Shown one piece after another: positions 29,034 to 38,982 of a stretch of DNA of 64,000 bases (positions within the stretch are counted from its first letter, which is position 1; the number at the start of each line of letters is the position of its first letter). The notes beneath the pieces are model-generated. The model was not told where the DNA came from and ran no database searches. It saw nothing but the letters and a program-made list of their open reading frames with translations. This stretch comes from Marivita sp. (GTDB taxonomy: Bacteria; Pseudomonadota; Alphaproteobacteria; Rhodobacterales; Rhodobacteraceae), in the NCBI RefSeq assembly GCF_048006345.1, contig NZ_CP180351.1, positions 3,577,075 to 3,641,074 of the forward strand, written 5' to 3'. The position numbers and the translations under genes are program-made.

Positions 29034-31975
29034 GTCAGGCGCACCTTGGTTGCAGGGTCGGACACCGTCCATTCCCCGTAGCGCGACAGCTGGTCATAAT
29101 CCGATCCGAATGCATCCTTGTGCATGCGGTTTCGCGCGGTGTAGCCAGTATCCGGGTGGCGGTAGGCGTCGATCAGCGACCTTAGCATCTCCATGACGCG
29201 CTCTGGCGGACAGTCCCCAAGCGGTGCAGGCACTTCCGTGCCGTCGCCGGCCAGCGAGATATAGCGGGCCTCTGCCACAAAGCGGGGGCTGAACGTGTCA
29301 AACCCGCCTTCGAGGATCAGGGCCGCCGTCACGAGCAACTGCACATCAAACTGCAGTTGTTGATCCTTGGTTGGTGCTGTTCCCGTCTTGTAGTCGTAGA
29401 CGAACGCCTCGGCGCGGTCGTTCATGTCAATCCGATCGGCTTTGGCGGTGATGCGAAACGGGGGATCGGCAATGTCCATCGCGCCTTTCTTCTCGAACAG
29501 GACGGGCGTTGCCAAAGCTTGACGGGCGATTTCGTTTTCAACGAACCAGCGCGCGATCTTCTCGATCCGAACGCGCCACTGAATGCGGTCCGTCGGCCAG
29601 GGCACCTCGGCAACGAGGATGCTCTGAGCGATCGACAATAGCGCACCTTCGGTGATTGATTGGTCATTTTGGGCCGTATCAGAGACGAATTTCTCGAACA
29701 CCTTGTGAATGACGGTGCCCCGGTGCATCGGGTTTGGTGCATGTTGGATCGGATGAAGCTGCTGCAGCCGCAGGATCTTGGACCCGTAGATCGCATAAGG
29801 ATCGCGGATCAGTTTCTCGATATTGGTGACAGACAATTCGTTGGGCCGCGCGATCACCGGCGGCACGGGTGAGGGGCGCGGTGCAGCGGGTGCGAAGATG
29901 GGTTGCTCCAGCGCGCGTCCCAGCCGCAGCCAGTGACGCCCCCGGCTCTGCATCGCGTCCAGAGCATCGGGCCCACCGGTTTCAGGCAAACCGCGTAGCA
30001 GGTTTGTCAGGCGGTTGATCCAGCGCGACGGGACGGTTTCGGCGTCTTCGGACCGGACTGCTCGGCTCAGCCAGACCTCCTTTGCACCGACGGCCTGTTG
30101 AAAGTCATGTGCCGACAGGCCAATGCGACGTTCCGGAAGCAGAAGGCCCACCTGCTGCCGCATGCGCCGGTTCAGCCACGGATCAGCGGGCGGGGCATCT
30201 GGCCATGACTGTTCGTTCAGCCCGCCTAGGATCACCAGATCAGCGCCCATTACACGGGCCTCAATGGTTCCCCAGATCAGGATTTGCGAATGCGGTGCAT
30301 CGCGGTCGCGGACCTCTTCCGCGCGCAACAGGCTGTCCACCAGGTCCGCATAGTCGCGCGCAGAGAGTTTCCCTCCGAACCCGGCGTTTTCGATCAACGC
30401 GTCAAAGGCTTTGCGGCAGGTCTCACCCGCCTTCCTGTTCCAAAGCTCAGATGCATCATCGCTGCTTGAGCCCGCGCAGATCGCCTCGGCCTGCGCGAGA
30501 TGATGCGCGACGTGCGCATCCAGATCGTTTGCCGCTGAAACGGCGGGTTGCAGCAGGCAGCGATCCATCCAGGCAAGCCAGTCCTGTGCTGTGTCCGCAC
30601 CTTTCCACGACATCAGTTGCGACAAGTCCGGGTAAGGGATGCCGGTCTTGCGGATGAACAGTTCCACTTCCGAGGTCCAGAGGCGATGCTGCCCGCGATC
30701 GGCACCCGCATGGCACAGCGGATGTTTCAGGATCGTCAGAAGCGCATCGGCGGTCGGTCCGTTGACCCGAAGCTGGGCAATGTGACGGAGCAACCGACCC
30801 GGAGCGGTCAATTGTGCAGGGGTGCCCGCGCTGTCATCGGGCAGGATGCCCCAACGGTCCAGAAGAGCGGTCACCCGGCGCGTCAGCATCCGGTCCGGTG
30901 TGATCAAGGCAGCAGTTACGCCATCTTCGGCCGCTTGCCGCAACCGCATGGCAATTGCCCGCGCTTCATCGCGGGGAGATGGCGCTTCGAGCAAGGTTAG
31001 AGACTGTGTCGCGTCGGACAAGGACGGCAGGTTCGGCCCATCCAGAAGCCACTGATCCGTGACCGGGGCGGGGCGCAGCGCAAGTGACACCAACGCGTTG
31101 CGCTCCCGGTTTGGAGGGGGTGTATGTGTCCATGGGACAACATCGCGATGCTCCAACTCCAGCCGTTCCAGCAATCGGGCAAAGCGGAACTGCGGATGGT
31201 CTTCGCCTTGCATGGCTTCGGAGTTGCGAACGTTTCTGCGCTGCACATCCCAGGTTGAAGCGGGCATGTCCCAATCGAACCCCGGAAGGACAACTGCGCC
31301 CTGCGGTAGGGACGCGGCGGCTGTCATCAGTTGAAAGGCCGAGCCGCGCGATCCGGTCGATCCCGCAATGATGATGGGGTGCTCTGGCGGTGCGATCTGC
31401 CAGCGCCGCAAGCGGAGGTCCAATGCCATGCGATTGACGGTAGCGGCATCTGGGGTGTCACTGTCTGGATCGAAGTAGCGCGTGACAATATTCAGAAAGC
31501 GCTGGGCACGCTCCCAATGGCCGGATTGGTCGGTCACATCGAGGTTTGTGATATCCTCGGGCGTCACGCCTTCGGCCTGCATTTCATCGAGAAGCGCGCC
31601 GAGGCTTTGCGCGAGATCGTAAACTGCGGAACGCGGTGCCAAGCTTGGATCGGCATCAATCAGCTTGCGCACCAGTTCCGCGAGTTCCAGTTGGCGGCGC
31701 AGTGCGGGCGTCGGGCGGGGAAGGCTCGCGCGATCCACGGGATCGGCCAGATCGGTGATAAGCCTCATCCTTGGCAGGAAGCCGGCGCCCAGACTGTCGA
31801 ACACGGATTCCACCCGCCGCTGCATGCGTCGTGTGTTCAGGAACAGCTCGACCCGCGCCATGGCGTCTGGCGGGTGATCCGCAAGGCGCGACTTCAGGCC
31901 AAGCGCAAGCTCACGGGCAAAATCGGCCCCAGGAGGCAACGCGAACAGGCGCGCTCGGTCCGTCGGATCAAACAT
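29030..31975 (-). CDS. addB: Double-strand break repair protein AddB (alphaproteobacterial type)
   Basis: 981 aa directly upstream of and coupled to addA; C-terminal PD-(D/E)xK-like segment (ADRIDM ... VYDYKTG). Confidence 0.8.
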   Translation of the reverse strand: MFDPTDRARLFALPPGADFARELALGLKSRLADHPPDAMARVELFLNTRRMQRRVESVFDSLGAGFLPRMRLITDLADPVDRASLPRPTPALRRQLELAELVRKLIDADPSLAPRSAVYDLAQSLGALLDEMQAEGVTPEDITNLDVTDQSGHWERAQRFLNIVTRYFDPDSDTPDAATVNRMALDLRLRRWQIAPPEHPIIIAGSTGSRGSAFQLMTAAASLPQGAVVLPGFDWDMPASTWDVQRRNVRNSEAMQGEDHPQFRFARLLERLELEHRDVVPWTHTPPPNRERNALVSLALRPAPVTDQWLLDGPNLPSLSDATQSLTLLEAPSPRDEARAIAMRLRQAAEDGVTAALITPDRMLTRRVTALLDRWGILPDDSAGTPAQLTAPGRLLRHIAQLRVNGPTADALLTILKHPLCHAGADRGQHRLWTSEVELFIRKTGIPYPDLSQLMSWKGADTAQDWLAWMDRCLLQPAVSAANDLDAHVAHHLAQAEAICAGSSSDDASELWNRKAGETCRKAFDALIENAGFGGKLSARDYADLVDSLLRAEEVRDRDAPHSQILIWGTIEARVMGADLVILGGLNEQSWPDAPPADPWLNRRMRQQVGLLLPERRIGLSAHDFQQAVGAKEVWLSRAVRSEDAETVPSRWINRLTNLLRGLPETGGPDALDAMQSRGRHWLRLGRALEQPIFAPAAPRPSPVPPVIARPNELSVTNIEKLIRDPYAIYGSKILRLQQLHPIQHAPNPMHRGTVIHKVFEKFVSDTAQNDQSITEGALLSIAQSILVAEVPWPTDRIQWRVRIEKIARWFVENEIARQALATPVLFEKKGAMDIADPPFRITAKADRIDMNDRAEAFVYDYKTGTAPTKDQQLQFDVQLLVTAALILEGGFDTFSPRFVAEARYISLAGDGTEVPAPLGDCPPERVMEMLRSLIDAYRHPDTGYTARNRMHKDAFGSDYDQLSRYGEWTVSDPATKVRLT

Positions 31976-32651
31976 CCGCAGACCTCAACATGTCTTCGGC
32001 AAGGGTGATCCCGTCGGGATGCCCCACATCGCACCAGAGACCGGGATAGGTCACCGCATGCAACCGGTCTTTTGCCTCCAGTTCCTCCCAGATTGTTCTG
32101 AGCGAAAACACGTTTTCAGGTGATTTAGAGACTTGTCCAGCCCGAATGATCTGAACCCCGGAATAAACAGTGTACCTGCCCCAATGGGCCAGACCGTCAG
32201 ACGTGATGTCGAAGTCACCCTTGCCGGAACGTCCAACGGTTTGGGACATGGGGACACACAAGAGTAGCGCGTCCATGTCACCCCTCCAAGCTGCCTTGAG
32301 CACTTCCAACGGATTGGGCCCGTCCCAGACGGCATCTGTGTTCATCGTGAAAACCACATCGGCCTTCAGCAAGGGCAGCGCAGCTTTCAGCCCGCCGCCG
32401 GTATCAAGGATCTCAGGAGATTCGACAGAGACCCGAACGTCGGTTCCGGCAAAATGATCGACGATCTGATCCGCCTTGTAATGGGCGTTCGCAACGACAC
32501 ATGCCGGGGAGATGGCTTTAACGAAGTCCATAGCGTGGTCGATCAGCGGCTTGCCCGCGACGCGGATCAAAGGTTTGGGTTTGTCCTCGGTCAGGGTCCC
32601 CATCCGCGTGCCAAACCCGGCGGCGAAAAGCATTACGGCGTCTGGCATCAC
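31968..32651 (-). CDS. Sugar-1-phosphate nucleotidyltransferase, MurU-like
   Basis: LFAAGFGTRMG ... KPKPLI nucleotidyltransferase motif; overlaps both neighbours. Confidence 0.75.
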   Translation of the reverse strand: MMPDAVMLFAAGFGTRMGTLTEDKPKPLIRVAGKPLIDHAMDFVKAISPACVVANAHYKADQIVDHFAGTDVRVSVESPEILDTGGGLKAALPLLKADVVFTMNTDAVWDGPNPLEVLKAAWRGDMDALLLCVPMSQTVGRSGKGDFDITSDGLAHWGRYTVYSGVQIIRAGQVSKSPENVFSLRTIWEELEAKDRLHAVTYPGLWCDVGHPDGITLAEDMLRSADV

Positions 32652-33613
32652 TGCGCCCTCGAAGCAAAGCGTTCCGGCGTGGGTTCGGGGAACAGATCAA
32701 GGATCAGCGGTTCCAGGTCATGGGCGACCGGGGTAGCGAGGCTTGTCCTAATGTGGCCCCAGACCCTAGGGATCAGTGACAGGTAACCCGGTTTTTGCCG
32801 TTCGGTGGCGAGGCGGGCAAAAATGCCGAGTATGCGTAGGTTCCGTTGTAAACCCAGAAGGTGAAACATCGGCATCACCGTGCTTTCGGATCGGCCAGAT
32901 CGGTCGAGGTAATGGCGCAGCGTGGCTGTTTGGCAGGCTATAGAGACTTCCCTGCGAGCGTCCTGCAGCATCGATACCAGATCGTAGATTGGGGGTCCGG
33001 CTAAGGCATCCTGAAAATCAAGCAGGCCCACGCGACGCAGGTTATCCCGCTCCGGCAGCCAGATCATGTTCTCTGCGTGGTAGTCGCGCAAAACCAGCAC
33101 AGTTTCATCGGGCACATGCAGGCTAAGTAAGTCCGTCAAGCGTGCGGTGATGGTCTGCGCTGCGGCGTCATTCTTGATGCCAAGACGTGGCAGGTAGTGG
33201 GTGAATGCCGGTTCGATCATCTGACCCAGCACGTCAGGCGTTGCGCGCGACAGACCTGCCGGCACAGGGCAGGTTTCCAGATGGCACAGAACATCTGTTG
33301 CTGCGGCGTACAGGTCGACTTCCAGTTCAGGACGTTCCTGCGCGACCTTGGCGAATTGCGCGTTGCCGAAATCCTCGATCAACATCAGGCCGGGCGCCTT
33401 GGCAAAGATGGTTGGAGCGGACAGGCCGAGACTGTTCAATTCGGCAGACAGCTTTGCAAACCGCTCTGTGTCGTCTTGTGGGTCGATCATGAGGATTGCG
33501 CGTTTTGAGCCTTGATAGAGCCTGATATACAGGCGCGAAGACGCATCACCGGCCAGTGGTTCCCGGGTCGCTCCGGCCCAGCCCTGCGCGGTCAGAAACG
33601 CATCGATGCTCAT
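32648..33613 (-). CDS. Aminoglycoside-phosphotransferase-fold kinase, AmgK-like (anomeric MurNAc/GlcNAc kinase family)
   Basis: APH-fold motifs (LVLRDYHAENMIWL, GLLDFQDA); ATG 33613 overlaps tsaE stop. Confidence 0.7.
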   Translation of the reverse strand: MSIDAFLTAQGWAGATREPLAGDASSRLYIRLYQGSKRAILMIDPQDDTERFAKLSAELNSLGLSAPTIFAKAPGLMLIEDFGNAQFAKVAQERPELEVDLYAAATDVLCHLETCPVPAGLSRATPDVLGQMIEPAFTHYLPRLGIKNDAAAQTITARLTDLLSLHVPDETVLVLRDYHAENMIWLPERDNLRRVGLLDFQDALAGPPIYDLVSMLQDARREVSIACQTATLRHYLDRSGRSESTVMPMFHLLGLQRNLRILGIFARLATERQKPGYLSLIPRVWGHIRTSLATPVAHDLEPLILDLFPEPTPERFASRAQ

Positions 33614-34083
33614 GCCAATGCCTCCGCAACGCGATCCGACCATGCCGGATGGGTCCAGGACAAGGTGATGTCGCGACGGTCGGATGTGTCGGGGTTTTCA
33701 AGACGCACCGTCAAAGCCTCTGGCGGTACCAAATCGTCAAGCCGATCCGGCCATTCAATCAGGCAGATGGCGTTTTGAAAAGCATCCAGAAGACCCAGTT
33801 CGACGATCTGGTCCGGATCACCCAAGCGGTACAGATCGGCGTGCCACAACTCACAGTCGGGCAGGTCATAGGCCTGTACGATGGTGAAGGTGGGTGACGG
33901 CACGTCTTCGGGTTCGGCAAGTCGCGACAGGATCAGAGCGCGGGCGAAATGGCTTTTCCCGGCGCCGATATTGCCTTCCAAAAGCAGCGTATCACCGGCA
34001 CGCAAACTAGCTCCGAGACGAATGGCAAGTCGCGCGGTTTCATCAGGAGAGGTCGAGGTGAACGCCGCGCTGTGTTGGGTCAT
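33610..34083 (-). CDS. tsaE: tRNA t6A37 biosynthesis ATPase TsaE
   Basis: 157 aa, P-loop GNIGAGKSHFAR, SPTFTIVQ motif. Confidence 0.85.
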   Translation of the reverse strand: MTQHSAAFTSTSPDETARLAIRLGASLRAGDTLLLEGNIGAGKSHFARALILSRLAEPEDVPSPTFTIVQAYDLPDCELWHADLYRLGDPDQIVELGLLDAFQNAICLIEWPDRLDDLVPPEALTVRLENPDTSDRRDITLSWTHPAWSDRVAEALA

Positions 34084-34134
34084 GCGGGCATGTTTACCCG
34101 GCTTGGTGCGGGCTGCAAGATTGGAAACCGATGC

Positions 34135-35649
34135 TCAGGCGGAAACGATCTTCAACCCGTCAGGTTCTGGGTGGGCATCACGGTTCTTGGAGTTGTGACA
34201 GAAGCGGATCAGCGTTGCGCCATGGCAGATCGGGTCGATCCGGCAGATCACCTCGCGCCCGTCTTTGCTGCGCAATTCACTGTCCCAACTGACGCGCTCC
34301 TGAGAGTTGGTCACGAAGTCGCGCAATTCCGGCCAGACCGGGCTTGGATGAAAGGCGGATTTCCACGACTGCGTTGCCTCGACGATTGTTGTTTCAAGGA
34401 TGCACGCCTCGGGTTCGACGCTCCACAAGTCTGCGTAAGTGGTGTTGCAGACGGTCAGCGTGCCTTGCGAGTCAAAGACGGCGACTGCGTCGTCAAACGT
34501 GTCAATGACCGACTGCAAGGTGTCCAGTTCTGTACGAAACCCCCGCGTCAAAGACACTTCTGCGGTGATGTCGTTGAACAGGAACGCAATTGCGCCGTCG
34601 GGGTATGGTTGGCCGGTGACATCGAAGGTCTGACCGTTGGCCAGCGACCATGTTTCGCGAAACCGGTCGTCACAGGCGGCCGCCACCAGAAGGGCCATGC
34701 GTTCGCGCCAGTCGTCATAGCTTTTGGGTTCCGGCATGACCCGACAGTCCCGCAGTTTATCAAAGAATTCGAACAGGGCGGGACGACTGCTCAGGAAATC
34801 TATCGGTACCCGACTGAGGTCAACAAGCGCCGGGTTGAACAGAACAAGTCGACGGTCCCGATCAAAGATCGCGAGGCCCGTCGTGAGATTGGCAAATGTC
34901 TTGGACAGTGTCTGGACGAAGTTTTGTTGCGCCGCCTCGGCGCGAACAACGGCATCGACGCCCGTGGCGAAATAGACCTGACCGCCCGTTGTTTTCTGCG
35001 TCGTCACCTCAAGCCAACGGTTCTCGCCCGATCCAAGACCTGGTGCCTTGAGGTCAAGCCGTTTCGGGCGTTGGGGATCGTGTTTGGCAACCTCTGCCGT
35101 AACGAGGTCACGGAATGCAGAGCCTCCACCATGCGCATGTGCATAGCGGTTGAACGCTTCATTGCCCCACAAAAGGTCCGATTCATCGGTCACCGCCCAG
35201 ATCGGATCCGGCGCGAGCATCATTGCTGATTGCAGATGCCCGCCCAGAGATTTGCACTGTCGGGTGGTGAACCAGTCATCCCCAGCCTGGCCGCTTGGGT
35301 AAACAGTGACATGTGTCCGGTCACCTTGCGTCGCGATGGTGATTTCCATTTCCGACAGATCGGAGCTGTGTTCGCCGGGGCGCAGAGCTTTAGGGAGATC
35401 CGGTATCATCGGAAGCAAAGCCAGCCTCAAATCGCTCCATACCGGTGCGGTTGGGGGGATCGGAAACAGCGACCAAATCCGGTCATCCGCGTCGATCAGA
35501 GTTTCGCCCTGAAAAAGCATAGAAAGGTAGGGTCTGTTTTCGGCACGTGTGTCTGCCTTCCTGCCGCGCAAACTGAAGGCAATCAGGCCAATCGTGATTG
35601 CAGCGCAGATCAGACCGATCCCCAACGCAGTCCAAGCAAATGAATCCAT
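34135..35649 (-). CDS. Membrane-anchored multi-PAS protein without recognisable output domain
   Basis: One N-terminal TM helix, three PAS-like repeats (IWAVTDESDLLWGNEAF; LAIFDRDRRLVLFNPAL; VAVFDSQGTLTVCNTTY); no H-box or ATPase boxes. Confidence 0.7.
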   Translation of the reverse strand: MDSFAWTALGIGLICAAITIGLIAFSLRGRKADTRAENRPYLSMLFQGETLIDADDRIWSLFPIPPTAPVWSDLRLALLPMIPDLPKALRPGEHSSDLSEMEITIATQGDRTHVTVYPSGQAGDDWFTTRQCKSLGGHLQSAMMLAPDPIWAVTDESDLLWGNEAFNRYAHAHGGGSAFRDLVTAEVAKHDPQRPKRLDLKAPGLGSGENRWLEVTTQKTTGGQVYFATGVDAVVRAEAAQQNFVQTLSKTFANLTTGLAIFDRDRRLVLFNPALVDLSRVPIDFLSSRPALFEFFDKLRDCRVMPEPKSYDDWRERMALLVAAACDDRFRETWSLANGQTFDVTGQPYPDGAIAFLFNDITAEVSLTRGFRTELDTLQSVIDTFDDAVAVFDSQGTLTVCNTTYADLWSVEPEACILETTIVEATQSWKSAFHPSPVWPELRDFVTNSQERVSWDSELRSKDGREVICRIDPICHGATLIRFCHNSKNRDAHPEPDGLKIVSA

Positions 35650-35724
35650 TGTCCAACCCCGGTTCCGCCAAACCGGTATTCAATGATGATTTGATTAACA
35701 GCGTATTAACCGCAGCGTGCCGAG

Positions 35725-37122
35725 TTAGATCTTGAAGGACGGGTTTTCCCCGATGCCTTTGCCTTTGGGCAGGCTGGGTGGCACGATGGCATTTCGCGGC
35801 CAGACGACTTCGACAACCGCTCCCCTGCGCCGCGATGCGCTGTTCACACGATCTGCGCCATTGGCAAAGCTCAATTCCGCGCCGGATCGTTGCAACAGGG
35901 TTTTGGCAATGAACAGACCCAATCCCATACCTTCGTATTCGGGTCGCGCCGTGCGGTCGCGTTCCGTGCGACGATTGCGGACAAACGGATCGCCGATCCG
36001 GCCCAGCATATTGGTCGGGTATCCCGGTCCGTCGTCCATGATCCGCACGGATACGACCTTGTCCGTCCAATGCGCCTCGACCCAGACGGTGGACCTAGCG
36101 AAATCGACCGCATTCTGGATGAGGTTGCGCAATCCATGAATGATTTCGGGTCGCCTTAAGGCCAGCGGAGGATCGAAATCTTCTTCGTTCGCGTCTTCCG
36201 ATCCGAAAGCTTCGATCAGCACGTCTTTTCCCCGGTTCAGATGCGGTTCTGCCGCCTCACGGATCACTTCCACCAACGGAGCAGAGCGGATTTGCAGGTC
36301 TTCCTTACCTGCCCGCCCCATCGATTGAAGAATGTCGCGGCAGCGGTCGGCCTGTTCGCGGATCAGGCGCGCGTCGTCCTGCAGGTCGGGCTGGTCGGCC
36401 AATTCCTCGATCAGTTCGGCGCTGGTCAGTTTGATCGTGGCCAAGGGCGTGCCAAGCTCGTGTGCCGCCGCCGCGACGACGCCACCCAGATTGTTGAGCA
36501 TCTGGGTCCGGCTGAGCGCCATTTGGGTCGCCACAACAGCATCGCCCATAGAGTTCATTTCCTCGGTGATCTGTCTCGCATAGAGCGACAGGAAGATCAC
36601 GGCGATGGTGATTGCCGTCCACTGGCCGAACACGAACACATCCGCGATGCGCATGATGAACCCTTGTTCAGTGCGCAACGGCAGGTGAAAGAACACCATC
36701 AGCGTCACCAGCGTCAGCGCAGTAGCGCCGATGATGATGGTTGAGCGAAGCGTCATGATCGTCGCCGACACAATCACCGGGCCAAGGATCAGGATCGTGA
36801 ACGGGTTATGTAGGCCGCCAGTCAAATAGATCAGAAAACAGAGTTGCAGCAGGTCGAACAGGACCATGAGAAAGTTCTCGGCCTCGTTCAGTCGCTTGTT
36901 TTCAGGGAATACAAAGATGGCGATCAGGTTGCCGACAACTGAAACGCCAACCGCAAGGTAACACAATCCGAGCTCGAGCTGCAGGTTGTAGAACTTCTGC
37001 GCCAGAGTGATTGCCGCCAGCTGGCCCACGATGGCACACCAGCGCAGCCAGATCATTGTCCGCAGGCGGATAAAGCTGCCGCGCTGACGTTCTTGGAAGA
37101 TCCCGAACTCGGTTTGCGTCAT
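35725..37122 (-). CDS. regB: Redox-sensing histidine kinase RegB/PrrB
   Basis: Six TM helices with the quinone-site heptapeptide GGLHNPF, H-box AAAHELGTPLATI, HATPase boxes; start moved to ATG 37122 (465 aa). Confidence 0.88.
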   Translation of the reverse strand: MTQTEFGIFQERQRGSFIRLRTMIWLRWCAIVGQLAAITLAQKFYNLQLELGLCYLAVGVSVVGNLIAIFVFPENKRLNEAENFLMVLFDLLQLCFLIYLTGGLHNPFTILILGPVIVSATIMTLRSTIIIGATALTLVTLMVFFHLPLRTEQGFIMRIADVFVFGQWTAITIAVIFLSLYARQITEEMNSMGDAVVATQMALSRTQMLNNLGGVVAAAAHELGTPLATIKLTSAELIEELADQPDLQDDARLIREQADRCRDILQSMGRAGKEDLQIRSAPLVEVIREAAEPHLNRGKDVLIEAFGSEDANEEDFDPPLALRRPEIIHGLRNLIQNAVDFARSTVWVEAHWTDKVVSVRIMDDGPGYPTNMLGRIGDPFVRNRRTERDRTARPEYEGMGLGLFIAKTLLQRSGAELSFANGADRVNSASRRRGAVVEVVWPRNAIVPPSLPKGKGIGENPSFKI

Positions 37123-37239
37123 CTGCGCCCTTTCGCCACTTGTGCCGGAGTTCAAAATCCTTACCTCGGCTTTAGCAAAGCATAGGCAAGGCAATTCTGA
37201 TGAGAAGGGCTTTGTTGGTGCAAAAGCGAAGGAGATCAC

Positions 37240-37863
37240 ATGGTACGTTTGGCAGCGATTTCGGCAGGTGTGGCAGTTGTCGCGCTTTTGGGTGGGATCT
37301 GGTACGCGAGCCAACCCGTTGATGGCGGCGACAAGTATGCTTCTTGCCGAAACACGCAGGTTGCGGGTGGGGCGGACACGATTGGCGGACCGTTCACGTT
37401 GGTCAATTCCGCCGGAGAGACGGTAACGGACAAAGATGTGATCACAAAGCCGTCGCTGATCTATTTCGGCTACACGTTCTGCCCGGATGTTTGCCCTCTC
37501 GATACGGCCCGAAACGCCGAAGCGATCGATCTTCTGGCCGAGCAGGGACATGACGTGACCCCGATCTTCATCTCGATAGATCCGAAGCGTGATACGCCCG
37601 AAGTCGTTGGTGATTTCGCAGCGAACCTGCACGAAAACATGATCGGACTGACGGGTTCGGAAGAGCAAGTGAAAGCCGCCAGCCAAGCCTATCGCACCTA
37701 CTTCAGGGCGCAGCCAGGTGATGACGATTACTACCTCGTGGACCATTCGACATTCAGTTACCTCGTCATGCCTGAAGACGGATTTGTCGAGTTCTTCCGC
37801 CGTGAATTGACCCCCGAGCAGGTTGCAGAGCGCACCTCTTGCTTCCTTGACGCGGCCAGTTAG
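37240..37863 (+). CDS. senC: SCO-family copper chaperone SenC/PrrC
   Basis: N-terminal TM, CPDVCP motif, divergent from regB and upstream of regA. Confidence 0.88.
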   Translation: MVRLAAISAGVAVVALLGGIWYASQPVDGGDKYASCRNTQVAGGADTIGGPFTLVNSAGETVTDKDVITKPSLIYFGYTFCPDVCPLDTARNAEAIDLLAEQGHDVTPIFISIDPKRDTPEVVGDFAANLHENMIGLTGSEEQVKAASQAYRTYFRAQPGDDDYYLVDHSTFSYLVMPEDGFVEFFRRELTPEQVAERTSCFLDAAS

Positions 37864-37942
37864 AGCGTCATTTGTGCGTTGATGTTGGAAAATTCGCCGT
37901 TAATACTGGCGGATAACGCAAACGCTACGGGAGGGAACCACG

Positions 37943-38497
37943 GTGAGCGAGCGTACCGGTGACGATCTTGGGGAAGACAAGAGCCTGCTTCTTGTAGACG
38001 ACGACGAGCCGTTTCTGCGCCGGTTGGCCAAGGCTATGGAGAAGCGCGGTTTTGAAGTCGAAACCGCCCAATCGGTCACTGCCGGGTCCGCCATCGCAAC
38101 GGCTCGGCCGCCCGCTTATGCTGTCGTCGATCTGCGGTTGGAAGATGGTAACGGGCTCGACGTGGTAGAGGTCATTCGAGACAAGCGCCCTGACAGCCGC
38201 GTGGTGGTTCTCACAGGATATGGTGCGATTGCCACGGCGGTCGCTGCGGTGAAGATTGGCGCGACCGATTACCTGTCCAAACCAGCTGACGCCACTGACA
38301 TCACAAATGCTTTGCTGGCCAAGGGCGACGATCTTCCGCCGCCACCCGAAAACCCGATGAGCGCGGATCGTGTCCGTTGGGAACATATTCAGCGCGTTTA
38401 CGAGCTTTGTGATCGCAACGTGTCAGAGACCGCGCGCCGTTTGAACATGCACCGCCGCACGTTGCAGCGCATCCTTGCGAAACGATCCCCGCGTTAG
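37943..38497 (+). CDS. regA: Global redox response regulator RegA/PrrA (ActR family)
   Basis: REC domain LLLVDDDEPF, conserved C-terminal HTH NVSETARRLNMHRRTLQRILAKR; GTG start; stop overlaps the convergent GNAT stop (TTAG 38494-38497). Confidence 0.9.
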   Translation: MSERTGDDLGEDKSLLLVDDDEPFLRRLAKAMEKRGFEVETAQSVTAGSAIATARPPAYAVVDLRLEDGNGLDVVEVIRDKRPDSRVVVLTGYGAIATAVAAVKIGATDYLSKPADATDITNALLAKGDDLPPPPENPMSADRVRWEHIQRVYELCDRNVSETARRLNMHRRTLQRILAKRSPR

Positions 38498-38982
38498 GTC
38501 AGGTCGTAGCGTTTGCTGACCTTGTCCACCAATTCGCCATTCGCCAAGCGTTGCGCAGGGTAGTGCGCGTACGTCTCGAACCCACGGCTTTGATAATAGG
38601 CCAAACCGCCTGTGTTGTCGGCCCGGATCGTGGCATTGATCCAGAGATAGCCCAGGTCTTTCGCGGCCTTTCTCGAAGCCTCGAACAGCTTTGATCCGAC
38701 CCCAAGACCGGTTTTCCCCAAACGCACGAAACTGGCTATATCGCAGGCGTCTGGTGGCAGGTCTGGATAGGGTTCAATGAACTGGAACCCAAGGATTTCT
38801 CCCGAAACGTCCTCTGCGACATGCCATGCGGATTGGGTGGGTGCGCGCTGCATCCACTCCAATATGGTATCCCGTGAAACCCGCGAGGTGTGTGCCGTTG
38901 TGCCACCCTTTTCGATGATGGCATCCAAAAGCTCTGCCATCTGCCGCGCGTCGAGTTTGCCTGCGCGCCGGATTGTGATCAC
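38494..38982 (-). CDS. GNAT-family N-acetyltransferase
   Basis: Acetyl-CoA loop region LGKTGLGVGSKLF and overall GNAT layout, 162 aa. Confidence 0.75.
   Translation of the reverse strand: MITIRRAGKLDARQMAELLDAIIEKGGTTAHTSRVSRDTILEWMQRAPTQSAWHVAEDVSGEILGFQFIEPYPDLPPDACDIASFVRLGKTGLGVGSKLFEASRKAAKDLGYLWINATIRADNTGGLAYYQSRGFETYAHYPAQRLANGELVDKVSKRYDLT

Noticed and set aside
33949-35229. 426-aa plus-strand ORF antisense to the multi-PAS gene
   Set aside because: No motifs and biased Arg/Gly/Cys composition, while the opposite strand has a TM helix and repeated PAS-like modules. Judged a shadow ORF.
35725-37746. The 673-aa long form of the regB ORF
   Set aside because: The N-terminal 208 residues are motif-free and run through the regB-senC divergent promoter region and into senC antisense. 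ATG 37122 gives a 465-aa protein beginning just before the first TM helix.
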